From positions 20,001 through 268,000 of the forward strand of contig NW_008806284.1 of NCBI RefSeq assembly GCF_000400465.1: 248,000 nucleotides of DNA, written 5' to 3'. Made by a program: the position numbers and the translations under genes. Positions within the stretch are counted from its first letter, which is position 1. Every line of letters starts with the position of its first letter. Positions 52,172 through 70,549 of the stretch are shown one piece after another. A model generated the notes under the pieces. That model saw only the letters and a program-made list of their open reading frames with translations. It did not search any database and was not told the origin of the DNA. Origin of the DNA: Wallemia ichthyophaga EXF-994 (taxonomy: Eukaryota; Fungi; Basidiomycota).

Positions 52172-53599
52172 ATGTTCAAGCAAGTTGTCTACTTAGGATT
52201 ATTGGCGAGCGCAGCGGCGCAATCTAACGGAACAATTGACCTCACGGAGCCAGAGGCAGGAAGATGGGGTGGCAATAATGGTAAGACACCCACGCAGCAC
52301 TACAACGACTTCGACCATGAAGTCTTTCACAACCGCACCTACACCCCACAGCCCATTAGGTATGAAATGGGAGAAGTATATACGGTGAAAGAGAACGCGG
52401 ACTTAGATAGAATGTCTCCAGATACACTCGCACCGCCCACCGTCGATTTCGGCAGCATTGAAAATCCAAGATGGCACATGTCTGACTCGTACAACCGCCT
52501 GGCTATTGGGGGGTATGCAAGACAACAAACAGTCAGGGACCTACCTATTAGCAAGGATATTGCCGGTGTAGATATGCGCTTATCACCACATGCTTTTAGA
52601 GAGTCCCATTGGCACACACAGGCCGAATGGTCGTATATTTTTTCAGGACGAGTTATCATCTCAGCCATTATGCCAGATGGAAAGACCTTCATGAGCGAGC
52701 TGGGACCAGGCGACGTTTGGTTCTTCCCTCCATCCACCATACACTCCATCCAAGCTCTTGACGAAGGCGCCGAGTTCCTACTCATCTTCGACAGCGGAGC
52801 ATTCGACGAGAACGATACCTTTTTAGCTGCGGAGGCACTATCACGCATCCCTAAATCTGTGATCAAGTAGGTGGAAACTCGCTGACGACTAAAATTTTCC
52901 GCTCACATGCACCAGTAAAAATTTCGGTTTGAGCAAGAATGCAACTGATTTCGACAATATTCCGGCAGAGCAGCTCTACATTTTCAGAGGAGAAGCACCT
53001 GTACCATCTTTCAAGGAGCAGAAAGCGTCGATCAACAACCCCTTTGGCATGCTCGAAGACCACACTCTCGCGCTCAAATTCTCTGAGACACCATGGGAAG
53101 AGCATGACGGCGGCAAGGTGAAGATCGCAGACAGTAAAATTTTCAACGCGCCCAATCTCGACATTTCAGTTGCGCATCTGTCACTTGAAAGCAACAGTCT
53201 GAGGACACTGCACTGGCATGAGACTTGTGAGTTTGGAACTGTCCATTCGAGTACGAATACTCACAACACTCAGCCGAGTGGGATTTTGTCTTAAAGGGCA
53301 CACTTAGGGTGACCATCTACGCCGGCAACGGTAACAGCCGTACATACGACATCAACTCTCTCGACGTGCTCTATGTGGAGGCGAACAACCTTCACTATCT
53401 TGAATGTGTTAGCCCAGAGCCATGCGAGTTCCTCGCTGCTTTCAAGATCGACACGTACAACGACTTTGAATACGGTCAATTCCTCAGCGCCGCTCCTCGT
53501 TACACCGTCAAGCAGCATCTCAGAATCAGTGATGAGACACTAGACAAAGTCCAGGGCAGTGTTGCTAACAAACAGATTATCATGCCTGACAACTGTTAA
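52172..53599 (+). CDS. Secreted bicupin oxalate decarboxylase
   Basis: Signal peptide; RESHWHTQAEWSY, GDVWFFPPSTIHSIQ, RTLHWH in second cupin. Confidence 0.9.
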
Positions 53600-53726
53600 A
53601 GGAACAAGTAAGAAGAAAAAAGAGTTGTGATTCATGTGTAATAATAATCTTTTCATTACAGATCGATTCTGATTATCCTGTTATAGTTAATTTATGTGTG
53701 TCATGTCTCGCTCACATTTTCACATC

Positions 53727-55210
53727 TCAAGCGATCACCTCAGTGACAATACCAGTACCAATCGTCTTGTTGCCCTCTCTGAGCGTGAATCTAGAGTTGT
53801 TTTCCAGTGGCAAGTCGTGAACGAGTTCGCCGACCATCTCAACGTTGTCACCAGGCATGATCATCTTCTCGCCAGCGTCAGCAGTGCCTTCTGGGAACTT
53901 GAGAGAAATGGTAACGTCAGAGGTTCTGATGAAGAGTTGTGGGCGGTAATTCTCGAAGAATGGAGAGTGACGACCGCCCTCTTCCTTTGTGAGGATGTAG
54001 AGCTGAGCCTTGAACTTTTTATAGCTCTTGATAGAGTCAACTGCGGAAATGACTTGACCACGACGGATTTGCTCTCTCTTCACACCTCTGAGCAAGGCAC
54101 CCATGTTGTCACCGGACTCACCACGGTCCAACTCCCTGTGGAAGGACTCGATACCAGTGAGTGTGGTCTTGAATGAGTTACCGAGACCGAGAATTTGAAT
54201 TTCCTCACCCTTCTTGATAGTACCTCTCTCAACTCTGCCGGTGGCGACAGTACCTCTACCAGAAATGGTGAAGGTGTCTTCGATAGGCATCAGGAATGGC
54301 TTGTCGAGATCTCTCTCTGGGATATCCAACCAGCTATCGGAAGCTTCCATGAGCTCATCGATTGAGTTTGTACCAATCTCAGGGTTGCGGCCTTCGAGAG
54401 CAGCAAGTGCGGAGCCCTTAACGATTGGGGTGTTATCACCATCGTATCCGTACGTAGAGAGCAAGTCACGGATTTCCATATCTACGAGTTCCAACATTTC
54501 AGGATCATCAACTTGATCGACCTTGTTGATGTACACGACGAGTTTCTTGACACCGACCTGCTTGGCAAGGAGAAGGTGCTCTCTGGTCTGAGGCATCTGG
54601 CCGTCTGCAGCGGAGACTACAATGATAGCACCATCCATTTGGGCAGCACCAGTAATCATGTTTTTGATGTAATCAGCGTGTCCTGGGCAGTCAACGTGTG
54701 CGTAGTGTCTGTTCTCGGTCTCGTATTCGACGTGGGCGGTGGAGATAGTGATACCTCTAGCCTTCTCTTCTGGTGCCTTATCGATTTGGTTGTAATCGAG
54801 GAACTGGCCCTTGCCAGATTTCTCAGTGAGGTACTTTGTGATGGCTGCAGTGAGCGTAGTCTTTCCGTGATCGACGTGTCCAATGGTACCGACATTCAAG
54901 TGTGGCTTGTCGCGTTGGAAAGTTGCGTATGTGCGAGCTGAGTGGGTGCTAGCTCCGCGGGCTGGGTTTTTGGCGTGAGGATGAATATTTTCCCAATACC
55001 TAAAACTCACCCAATGCAGTTGGAATCACTGCAGAGCGCATGCTCATACGCTGGAGACCATTTGCGAGTGAACGAGTGGCTAAACCTGGGTGTTTTTCTC
55101 AGAAGCGTTTCCTCAATTTGATGGTGCAACCAACCTCTAGCAACGCCTCTAAATGGCTGTGGCTGGACGAAACGTCTGCCTGCTACACGCACAGCTGGTA
55201 CCCTGAACAT
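53727..55210 (-). CDS. TUF1: Mitochondrial EF-Tu
   Basis: [35 protein letters not shown]; presequence-like first exon. Confidence 0.97.
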
Positions 55211-55747
55211 TTTGTAGATGGTTGGAAAGAGAAGACGACGCGGACGAGCTCCGAGGGATTCAGTTTAAAAATTGAGTGGAGTATAGTAGTATAGGGAATA
55301 GCTGGAAGTGGTATTAGAAGGTCAAATGGATTCCTTCTATTGGTATTGCTCGTGGTGCCACTCTGGGTGTTTGTTTTTACATCAAATGACTTGAATTTGT
55401 TATATTTATTGTGCACTGTCTTTGAGGTTCAAATACCTTTTATCTTGTAGCCTTCATGTCTGCATCATGCTGTCCAAAAATTTTGACTTTTGTTGGCCGA
55501 AACATTCCAGAGGCCGTATGGCTTTGGGAATAGCGTGGACTGGGTTTTTCGAAGCTTTGTATTATGTTGCTTTAGAGTTCATGCGCAAGTTAGTTGTTGA
55601 AAAGTGTCCATCTGTGAAGTAAATAATGTGATGTGATTCGAGTACTTGAAAGTATTCCATATAACGCCGACAATTAACACGCGCTATCACTTAATACACG
55701 CTAGCTACGCCCAAATTTACACCACTTGTGCGTCTTAAACAAATACC

Positions 55748-57170
55748 ATGACCACGATTACTTCCCAACCTTCGGCAACGACAGCAAGTATAAGATCAGA
55801 CCAATCCAGCAACCTGGAATGTCGTATCCCGAGCTATACGATCGAACTTGAAGGCACTTCGAACCAATTCGTCAACTACAACGTCGCTTACACCTCCAAC
55901 TCAACACTCTACGCCAGCAGCCACCAAGAGACCCAAAGGCGGTTCAAAGACTTTAAATTTCTCCACACGCAGCTCTCTCACTCTTTTCCTGCCTCTGTTA
56001 TTCCCCCCCTTCCCGATCAGCATAGACTGGAGTATCTCACAGGCGATCGATTCTCCAACGACTTTATTCAACGACGCAAACAGGATCTAGAGCGGTTTTT
56101 GCAGCGCATCAGCCGCCATCCGATACTCAAGCGCTCCAAGCTTGTCATAGACTTTTTCGTGTCGACAGAGTGGAACACAGTGATGCACAAACTCGGATCC
56201 CAGCCACTGTCTTACTCAACCAGCTCGATTGAATCGCACACACTGCTTGACAATATATCCGACAGTCTTGTCAATGCCTTCACAAAGGTCAAGAAGCCAG
56301 ACGATCGCTTTGTTGAGCTGAGAGACAATCTCAACAGGCTAGATGACTCGCTTAGTAATATAGAAAAGATAATTCAGAAGCTGCGTACAAAAATCAGCAG
56401 TCAGTCTTATATGCATATCAATCCCGAGAACTATGCACTGACGTACTTGTCAGGTGTGGACAATACAGCCATCGACGTTGACCTGAATGGAGACTACGAT
56501 GATGGTGCGGGTGCTACACAAGCGCTAGCATACTTGGAATCAGGTATCACTGAGCCATTAAATCGATTCGCTCATGCGCAGTTGGAAATGAGCAACATTC
56601 TAAAAGAACAGACTGTCTTAGCTTTCGAGCCTGTGCTCGATCATATTCACTCTCTTAGAGCATACGCTGCCGCTCACAAGTATGTTCTCAAACTGCGCGA
56701 TCAGAAACAACTGGATTTCGAACAGTTGACGACGTATCTCTCTCAACTCGCCCTGCAACACCAAAGACTTGTATCTGCACAACATATCAGCAGTGGTGGG
56801 ATTGGGGGATATATTCGCGATAAAGTGGATCACTTGCGTGGACAAGATGATGAGAGTTTGCGATTAGAGCGTATTAGAAAATTGGAGGAACAGATGAAGG
56901 AGCTCGAGAAAGCAGTTGAGAATTCATCGAAACAAAATGTTGAGTTCAGTCAGGCCGTGTTGAGAGAACACTCCATCTTCGATATGGCTAAGAGGATCGA
57001 AATGAAGGAGATTCTTCACCATTTGGCTGATGGTCATATTGTGGCTTATAAGAAGGTGCGCACGGTGGTTTGTTCATCGCACGACTAACATCACCCCACA
57101 GACGTCTGAGGAATTCGACAGACTGATACCACATTTACAACGTATACGCGTCGATGTCTAATTACCAGAA
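55748..57170 (+). CDS. SNX4: Sorting nexin 4 (PX-BAR)
   Basis: RRFKDFKFLH..L...FPASVIPPLP...FIQRRKQDLERFL; BAR domain. Confidence 0.9.
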
Positions 57171-57210
57171 GTAGAGTGTAGAAGTAAATGTATTGCTATA
57201 TATATATATA

Positions 57211-58440
57211 TCACAACAGCCCATCAAATCTCATTTTGGCAGTTTGGAGAAGACCTAGCTCATCATTGCGCATCTGCATGAGCAGAGGGTTTGCTGCCTT
57301 GGTGTCAACCTGCGGTGGGTATTCTCCCAATCTCTCGTCTATCCTTTGGAGGAGCTGTTGAATTAATTGTCGCAGATAACCATCAGTGATAGTCTCAGAT
57401 TGCTGATACGCCAATACAATCAAATTAAGAACGTCGGTGTCGCACACCCCGAACAAACCGAGAGACACTCTGGCTTGTGAGTCAATAAAGGCATCTGGAT
57501 GAGCCACAAAGAGATCCTGATCGTCGTCTTGGAGCGTTTGAACAGTATAGATTGGTGGAATCGCGTCGAAAGTGACTCTGTCAGAATCGTTAGCCTCCAA
57601 CACGAATCCGTACTCGATAGCGAGGTCCACGTTATCGAGCGAGTCACCGTAGCTGTTGAAGAGTTCTTCAGCGGGCTGAGTGGTGTGTGTAGTGACGATA
57701 TCCAATGTTTGCGGGGGAGTGGTGAGATAATCTGTATTTGGCGACTGAATACACCCATTCAGCCACCCACAACAGTCGCAGACAACTAAATCAGACTCTA
57801 TAGCCACAGTAGGCTCTTCTAGGTGATTGAAAAGGTCTGCAACAGGCACCAAACCAACTTGGTGGTGTGTGTCAACTTGAAACAATCGTGATGAAGTAAT
57901 GGCATAGGCGTATAGAAATGCTTCGAATGTACTTGTGATGTTTAGCGTTGAGGCGTGTGCGTCGAATGTATCTTTGAGCTTCTGTTTCGTTTGCCTGCCT
58001 CTTATACCTTGATGCGAGTTGAGCATGCTATACCGCTTACACAGTTCAGTGCCAGCCATTTCAGGCGTAAAGGGCCAGAGAGAGGCAATATCTGGAGGTG
58101 TCAGGGGTAGGGATTGTATGTAGAGATGCCATTTTGATTGATTGGCAGATTGAATTTCGAAGACAAGTGCAAAAGAGAGAGCTACGACGTGAGTGAGTGG
58201 AATCTGAGAGAGTTGAGTTGAAATAGTAGACGTTTTAAGCGTAAGCAAAGAGTCTTTGGGTATTCTCGCCACTGAATAGAGTTAGATTGAGTAATAGGAA
58301 TGGTACAACAACCAACCAACGCTGTCTTTGAGTATAAAATCGTTTGATAGTATCTTTTCATCGCTTATATCCAATCTACCATCCAAATCAACGCCGTTTG
58401 ACTCGCACCAGCTAAGTAAACAACTACGACGACTATTCAT
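57211..58440 (-). CDS. SET-domain (Rkm/SETD6-like) lysine methyltransferase
   Basis: LVPVADLFNH, EELFNSYG. Confidence 0.8.
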
Positions 58441-58947
58441 CTGCGTTTTATACAAGGAATACAATACAAAAAGCTTAGCTCATTCAGATTCATAAATTGA
58501 TTTCCTTCAATATTAAATTAGGAAAGACTAATCGTTGAAACATCATGTGAGCAATTAAGCTTAGAGTATCGTTGAAAAGAGAAGCTACTGGTTTTAAAAG
58601 GGTTAAAAATTTACTACGAGATAAGAGCAAGTAATAATATAAACAATACTGTGTATGGTAGTAACATTCTGAGGCTGAATATTGAGCTAAATTTTATCAT
58701 TATAGACATTTTAACATATACAATTTGTGGTGAAATATGAAGAGGCGGAAAAGAGGGAAAATTTTGAAATAAATAAGCGAAGAAAGAAGAAAGATTTGTA
58801 AATATAAATAAAATCCCAGCTAATAAAACACCTATTATACCTTTTAAATTGTTGTTCACAGTGATTTTTAATTTCAGAGTACACCACGCAATGGTTCGTG
58901 GTGAGCTGGCTTTAACTGACACAGTCAAAGGTGAGGATATAAATTGA

Positions 58948-60238
<1,291 letters not shown>

Positions 60239-60481
60239 GCGTAATTCTCGCGGTGGACCTCGTACTGGTCTCAATCACGAAATGAAAAATTCAAATATAC
60301 GTTATTCCAAGTTTTTTCTTTCCAAAGTTCTTTATATTCTCTTTACCCTGTGTTGCAAGAATCAACAAATTTAAAAAGTGCTTTTGTTGTATTGTGTGAA
60401 TGTGCTGGTGTAGATGTGCAAGAACAATACATATGGTGCTAATGATACAAATAATTTAAAGGTGAGTTCATATCAACCCAC

Positions 60482-61490
60482 TCAATCAATATCCCCAGTC
60501 TGTATCTCATGATAAATAACATGTGGACCTGATCTATAGTGATTGTTGGTGGATTTCAGCGAACGATTCAACTTTGGTAGAGTGAGTTGTTTGAAGAATT
60601 CATTTGAAGCTGTGTCATTTATTTCATTTGCCATAACTTGAGAAAGCATCCTATCGTTTTCCTGTTCGAGTTGTTCGAGGACGTTTCTTTCATTATTGAG
60701 AACCTGACGAATAAGCTCATTGTTCTCTTCAACAACTTGAAATTGAGCAACAGCGAGAGTATATTCTGGGTAAAAGGGAGGTTCACCTGGTGCAGTGAGA
60801 ACAGTTTGAAAAGCCATTTCATCAGCTTGATCGATAAATAAAGATTCTTCTTCCTTCCTTTGATCATTTACTTGTTGTGGGTGATCGGCTTCGCCATCCT
60901 CACCATCTTCATTCTCCACTTTAGATTTTCTAGCTGATTTCTTCTCGCTTGGAGGTGGTGCTGCACCAGAACCTCTTACAGTTGGAAGGGTATCAACGTG
61001 ATGCTGCATTCTCATATGTTTAGCCAAAGCGTCAGACCTAGTGAAAGATCTATCACATTCTGCTTTCTCTTGCTGTAGAGTATGTGAATATGAAACACTC
61101 GCGTACACCAATAAAACTCACGCAAATAAAAGGTTTATCGGTGGTGTGAGATCTCAAATGAGCTATTAAAGCTTGTTTTGAAGACTGATTCTTTGATTTG
61201 CGTGAACAGCCAATCCATTCGCATGTGTATTTAGATTTATCGCCAACGTGGTCATTGTAGATGTGGTCAAGCATTAGATGCTGATCACCGAATATCATAG
61301 CACATCCATCCCAATCGCAGGTGGTTATCGGACCCCAATCAGGATTACCGTTTAAGTCAACTTGATTGGTTTGATTGGATTTATCTGATTGTGGATCTGG
61401 ACTTGGTGATCGTGATAGAATTTCACTCAAGTTGTCATCTTGTAGATATTCAATTGGACGCTTGATTGGTGTGGCAGTGGATAATGACAT
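60482..61490 (-). CDS. C2H2 zinc-finger protein (Iec1-like INO80 subunit)
   Basis: CDWDGC..HIYNDH, CEWIGC..HLRSHTTDKPF, CDRSFTRSDALAKHMRMQH. Confidence 0.7.
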
Positions 61491-62524
61491 CTGCGAACTG
61501 TCTCGTCTTGGTGGTTGAGGTCAGAGAGGCGAAGTGAGGGAAGGAGAGGAAACCTAGTAGGAGTAACGCCAAAGTAGACTTTAACGGACTTGCAGGTCTT
61601 CGTTGAAGTTCAGAGAGAGCTAAGCGGGTGGAAATACAGCTTACTGGGAGCAGCGCAGACTATTTACAGGGAAAGGGTTATACCCGCCTTACTATGGCCC
61701 CCAAGACGGCGAACCACAATGAAAAGAGGAAATGAGTGTGGGCCGCTTGAATACCGTAGTATCAGCCGGGAAGCTAAATTTTCTTTGGATCACGTAGCTT
61801 GTGCCTTGCCTTTGTTGTGTTTCACGAATCCCGCTACCCTCGTTCCTAATCATCCGGTTGACGGCATTCATAAAGTTGCTCAGCTACTTATACTCAAAGC
61901 CTTCGATGTATTCATTCGGTCTTAATGTTGACTGTTGGTTCTCAAGTGCTCTCGCTCCTAGTCACATGGCTATCGGCATGCACAGCATACGCTAAGGCGT
62001 AGCAAATACACGTTCGTCTATACTGTTAGTATTTGCAGGGCTTTCTTTATCTGGCTTCCTGTCCAATTACGCAAGCACATCAAAGACATTGTATCAACAA
62101 TGGTAATCTTCCACTAAACACATCGCACTCAATTCTCAGATGAGAGAATAGATATGAAGATGTGTAATGTGTATTGAATGGATCATCAACGTTTTATACA
62201 CGCTAATATTTAAACAAATAAGCTTAAATTGAGTTAAGTTCTAGAAAGTTAACGAAAACTGATGAATAAAAGAGATGAATTGTTTTGGTTTTTATATCTC
62301 CTGTAAATATCGCGGAAATCAATAACCATCTCTCAAAAAAGATGCATCTCTCTTTCGTCATCAGTTAGCTCCGTAGATTTACATTTCCGAGGAGTGAGAT
62401 TACTAGAGGCGTACACATATTTACGTATCGCAATCTTTGAGTGGTAATTCAAATTATTTTATTTTCTTCAATTGGAGATGTCTGCTGTGACGCACACGCA
62501 TGCGTTTCTTAGCACAAAACAACC

Positions 62525-65137
<2,613 letters not shown>

Positions 65138-65268
65138 ATTTGTATCTATTTATAGCATTTAAATTTCTTTCCTAACATTGAAACAATTAAGCATTCTTAG
65201 ATTCAAATTCAAAAATTCAAACATTCTCACATTACCAGAAGTATATAAATAAATTAGCAAAATTAACT

Positions 65269-66537
65269 TTACTTTCCACCAATCCGCTTGGATTTACCTG
65301 GTCTAGATTTCTTATTACCCTTGAATGGAGCATTTGTAGAGTCTTTAGTGTTTGACTTTGCGTGCTTCTTTTTACCTCCATGGCCAAATTTAGCATCGCG
65401 TGCACCTCTTGACATTTTCCTCTTTTTATTGTCATCTTTACCTTCTTTACCACCTTCAAGGGCATCTTCTAATTGGATATCGAAGTCATCATCACCAGCT
65501 TCAAGGCCATCAACGCCACCTTTCTTACGCTTGAGAGATTTAACCTTATCGATCATATCCTTCTTGGATTGCTGTCTCTCCATCATCTTTTCATTCTGGA
65601 CCTTTTTACCGACCTTCTTCAATTCGCGTTGCTTACGTGCCTTTTCAGAAGCTTCAATGTTAGATTTCTCATCCATCATCTTTTGACGTATCTTCTCCAT
65701 CTGTACATCAGTCTTGACCATTTCTGCGAAAAAGTCATTCGGTCTACTGAAAGGAACGCCAGCTTTGAGTACTTGTGGCTTAGCTCTCTCGACGGCTTCT
65801 AATGATTGCTTGTAGAAGGCTAATTCACGTGAAAGATCGTCATACACGTCTTCTGCACCTAAGTCTTTGATGGATTTTGACGAGGTTACTGCGAGTGTTT
65901 CAATGAAAGGTAACTTATCTGAGAGTTTGAAGTCGTTGAGGATACGTGTGATTGCAGATTTGTTATTGACTGTTACTTTGGTTGTTATTTGTGCTCTAGT
66001 ATCTTCATCGACGTCTTGAGCATCTTCAAGGGTGAGTGGGTGGGTGGATTCGTCTTCTTCTTCTTCAGAGTTTTCTTCATCGTCATCCTCTTCCTCGTCG
66101 TTGATGAAACCAGCACCGTCTTCTTGGTCATCCTCTTCATCCTCATCGTCGTCTTCGCTATTGTCATCACCTGAGACGAGAGCTTCATTGTCGACAAGGT
66201 CTTCTTGATCCTCTTGATCGTCGTCATCGTCGTCGTCGTTGTCATCGCCATTTTGAGACTAGAGTAGGTGAGCAAAAGACTAGATAAAAAGCCATAAACT
66301 AACTCCTTCTAATTGATTCAAGTAAGCTAATTGGTCTAGAGCTTGTTGATCTAAGCCATCCTCACCTAAAACTTTAATAAGCTTCTGCATTGATTCCTCG
66401 CTAACGCCGTCGAAATCTTCTTCGCCTGAGGAAGAATCTTCTAATTCATCTTGTTTGAGGATGTTCTTGATATTCTTGTTATCCTTGTTATCCTTGTTAT
66501 CCTTGATGTTGGATTTAGTTGATTTAGATTTTGGCAT
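65269..66537 (-). CDS. EBP2: rRNA processing protein Ebp2
   Basis: YDDLSRELAFYKQSL, RPNDFFAEMVKTD. Confidence 0.92.
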
Positions 66538-66652
66538 TGTTGGGTGTAACAAACCACCAAGTCGAAAGTCAAATATTCAATGCACCACCTCCCAGATTTA
66601 GCTCAATTTAAGAAATTACTTGATAAATTTGATACTTTCTTATTCGATTGCG

Positions 66653-67512
66653 ATGGTGTCCTTTGGAGGGTTGGTAGTGTGCTCTAGGTCTACGTCACTC
66701 ACTCTACAACTCAGGGGAATGAACTTATCCCAGGAAGTAAAGAATTCGTTGATAAGATTAGAAAAGCCGGAAAGGATGTCATCTTTGTTACAAATAACGC
66801 TTCAAACAGTCGTAATCAATATAAGCAAAAATTTGATCAACTTGGTTTTAAAGTTGATGTTGATGAGATATTTAGCAGTGCATACGCATCTGCTGTCTAT
66901 CTCAAATACAATCTAAAGTTCCCTTCCGATAAGAAGGTTTTCGTCGTTGGTATGTCTGGATTAGAGGAGGAATTAGATAGCGAAGGTATAAAGCGTATTG
67001 GTGGCACTGATCCAGCCTACAATAAACTCGCGCCTCATGTCAACTTTAAAGAGATTAAACAGAACCTCGATAAGGATGTTGGTGCTGTTATCGCTGGTTT
67101 TGATATCATGCTCAACTATACAAAGTTATCTTACGCGCACTCATACCTCACCAGCCCAGAGCATGATGTTAAGTTTATCTTCACTAATGATGATTCCACG
67201 TTCCCTCAAGCGTGTGGAGTGTTCCCTGGTAGCGGTGCAATGAGCTCACCTTTGGCAGTGTCTTCTAAGCGCACTCCAATCGTCGTTGGTAAACCTAATG
67301 CACCAATGCTTGAGTGTATTCTCAAGAAGAAGCAACTTAAACCAGAGCGAACACTGATGATTGGTGATAGATTGAATACTGATATTGCTTTTGGGCAGCA
67401 TGGTAACGTCAAGACAATGTTAGTACTCTCTGGGGTTTGCAAGAAAGAAGATATAATTGGTGAGGGTATATACCCAGATTACATAGCACATTCACTTGGA
67501 CATATACATTAA
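66653..67512 (+). CDS. PHO13: HAD phosphatase Pho13 (4-nitrophenylphosphatase)
   Basis: FLFDCDGV, VTNNAS, GKP, MIGDRLNTDI. Confidence 0.9.
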
Positions 67513-67619
67513 TTGTTGTGTTAAAATACATAAACACCTGAATGAAATTAGAATTGATATATCACCAGTAAAAGACCCCTCTTGAAAGATAACGCAGTTT
67601 TTGTAGTGATCATATTACG

Positions 67620-68984
67620 CATGCGGCTCTTATTCAAAGCTGGGCAGCTTCACACGTGTTGTTGTAAATTTTCAATCACCGGGGTCTTGTTGAGGATGGC
67701 TTACCTGTTGGCGTTGTAGGCGCTGAGGTATGTCTATCTGGTTGGAATACCTCAACGCCTTGTCTTTGCATTTGTCTGATTCATTCCTCAACGTAAGTAA
67801 ATCACCCGCAGACGTCCAGACATCCGAAGAAATTCCTCAAATTAAAAATCTCAGTGTGACAAAAAAACTGAAATACGTAGCGCTGACGTTGGACACTACG
67901 CTTATGATAAAAAAGAGACAAGAAGAGGATACTAGTAGCACTAGTGGGAGTACTAGTGGGAGTACTAGTGGGAGCAGCAGCAGCACTAGCAGTAGCAGCA
68001 GTTCAACCACATCATCATCGTCTTCGTCGAGCAGCTCTTCGAGTGCTTCGCCAACAAGCAACACTCCTAGCAGCTCTAGCAGGTACGTGTGGATACCCCG
68101 TACACTTAGTTCCTGATTGACATCACTAGTGATTCCAATAGCCCAACCCGCACATCCAATGATAGCAGCAGCAGCAGCAGCAGTATTGATAGTAGTAGCA
68201 GCCAGAGCAACACCACCACCAATTCAGATAGTACTGCATCATCCACTCCAAATCCCACCACCTCAATTGTTACAGTAACGCTCTCAAACGGTGGGCAAAT
68301 ATTTATTATGAGATAACAAGTTATAACACAAGCAGGTTCATCAACAACATCCGCAACCACCATCGGTGGTACCACTGGCTCTGCTTCCGACAGCGGCCAG
68401 GATATTGGTGCGATTGTTGGCGGTGTGAGTGGATTTCTCATTGAAACATCGAAATCCTACTAAACTGCTTTTAGAGCGTCGGTGGTGGTATAGGTGCCAT
68501 CCTTATCCTCGTAGCTGCCATCTTCTTCTTTCGTCGCCGTGTCGCCAAGAAGAAGCACGACGAGTATGACGGTGATATCTTTGATCCTCAGCGCTTCAGG
68601 CCGGATAATGAGGACGAATTTGGTATTGATGGTGCTCCAACGCCCTACACGCAGCAGCCAGCGAGTGTGACTGCGGGGAGTGGTAGTGGGAGTGGGAATG
68701 TACCGGGGAATGTACCGGGAATGACAGGCATTGGTGCAGCCGCGGGAGGTGCGGCATCGATACCAAACTCATCAACCCATCAACCCTCCAACCCCTCCTC
68801 AAATGCTGCTGCTGCTGCTGGTATCAAAACTCGCCCACTTCCCACCTCTAAACCAAGCCAGGTCAACGTACACACAGACGCTGGTCGATACAACGTCAAC
68901 AACGGCGATGACAATCCAGCTAATCTCCACTCAGATATACCCCCGACTTACGACTCTATTCACGTATATCCAGATAACGCTTGA
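67620..68984 (+). CDS. Ser/Thr-rich single-pass membrane protein (Mid2/Wsc-like)
   Basis: Ser-rich ectodomain, GAIVGG TM, RRR stop-transfer, PPTY tail. Confidence 0.6.
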
Positions 68985-69202
68985 TGACCATGTGAATATT
69001 TATTTATTATTTAACATTTCCTTGTATCGACCCATTTATGATTGTTTGTTTGCTTGTATGAATTAACTCAGTTGGCGAAGTAGTGTAATGGAATTAGCAC
69101 GTATTGTTCGGGTGAGGAGCGTCTGCATCAATATAGTCTGGGTTCAATTCCCAGCTTCGCCCCTAAATAATCATTTTTACGACAACCTCACCTCTCACAC
69201 AT

Positions 69203-70489
69203 GTACGTCAATGTACGCCGACTATCAAATGCCTACAAATTTCGCAACTCGCTTGGTGTGTGGTGGTGTTATTTAGGCGGCTGAGCTGAGTAATTAAACC
69301 CAAACAGGCACGGGCTCTTTCGCAGTCGAGCCACCTAAAGCGGTAGGTATGGCCATGAGCAGAGGTCAGCGGCTATATCAAGAGGACAGCGTGTCTGCCA
69401 AAGTGCTCAACCTGCCCATCACTCCCCACACACTTGACTCTCAATGCGCCTACTTCGGCATATTCGACGGACACGGTGGTGATTACGTTTCCCGCTATCT
69501 CCGCGATAGTCTGCCAGGAGTCATTGAAAGAATAACCACGCGTGACTGGAACCTTATCGACTATTTCAGAGTCTACGGTAGGCGTTGGCGTTGGCGGTTA
69601 ACGTGGTCTATCACTCACAACGTCACGACGTCATCCAGGCAACTATTTCCCTCAAGAGGAATTGGACGCAGAGAGTGCTACGAGAGATTCTCACTCTCAT
69701 CTTAGTCTCCACGATAGACTCAAACTGGCTTTTTTGAAGGTGGGCATGGTGTTGCGATCCAAGACACCGCTCACACACTCCTCACAGGCAGACAAGAGGA
69801 CAATCACCGATGCGCAGAACCGCGGCTACCTGTGCGGATCGACTGCCTCAGTTTTGTTGCTGCACAGTCTCGATGATCCACCCTCGCCGTACGCATTCAG
69901 TCGTCGTCTGCAGCTCACAACGGCGCACTGCGGCGACACGTGCGTGGTGCTCGTGAAAGCGCACGCTGGCAAAGCCCACCGCCTCACGCTCGACGACCAT
70001 GCCGACAACGTCGGTGAGATGGAGCGATTGAAATCCTTCCACGGCGCACTCGTGCAGGACTCTTACGGCGAATCCCTTTTTCTTGGCCAGCTCGCCAACA
70101 CGCGCAGTATCGGCGATGCCAAATATAAAAGCTGGGGCGTCACGCCCGAGCCCCATACCCAGAGTGTGGAGGTAGATGGAGATGCTTATAGCATGGCTAT
70201 CCTTCTCAGTGATGGTGTCACTGGCGTCGTTGGTGTGCAGGAGGCGGCTGATGTCGCTTCGAGCAAGTTTGGCCAGTCTTTGCAGTTCGGTAGAGCCGCT
70301 CAGGCAGCCGCGCAGGCTGTCGTCGATTTCGCTATCGATGTTGGCGCTGATGATAACTGCTCCGCTGTCGTTGTTCCGCTTCCAGGTTTCGCTAATGCTG
70401 GTAAAGGTAGAGATAGGACCCGCGATTTGCGCGATTATCGATTGCAGGTTGCCAACGACCCTAGCAACGTCAGACAGAAGAGGCAGTGA
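69203..70489 (+). CDS. PP2C-family phosphatase (Ptc5/6-like)
   Basis: YFGIFDGHGG, AHCGDT, LANTRSIGD, LLSDGV, GADDNCS. Confidence 0.88.
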
Positions 70490-70549
70490 TGGGGTGGGGT
70501 GGTGGTGGGTCTGAGCCTGCTGCTATGAGCAATGCTATGCCTTCCACGC

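Noticed and set aside
53694-54941. Antisense ORFs (160 and 142 aa) over EF-Tu
   Set aside because: Codon-bias shadows of TUF1.
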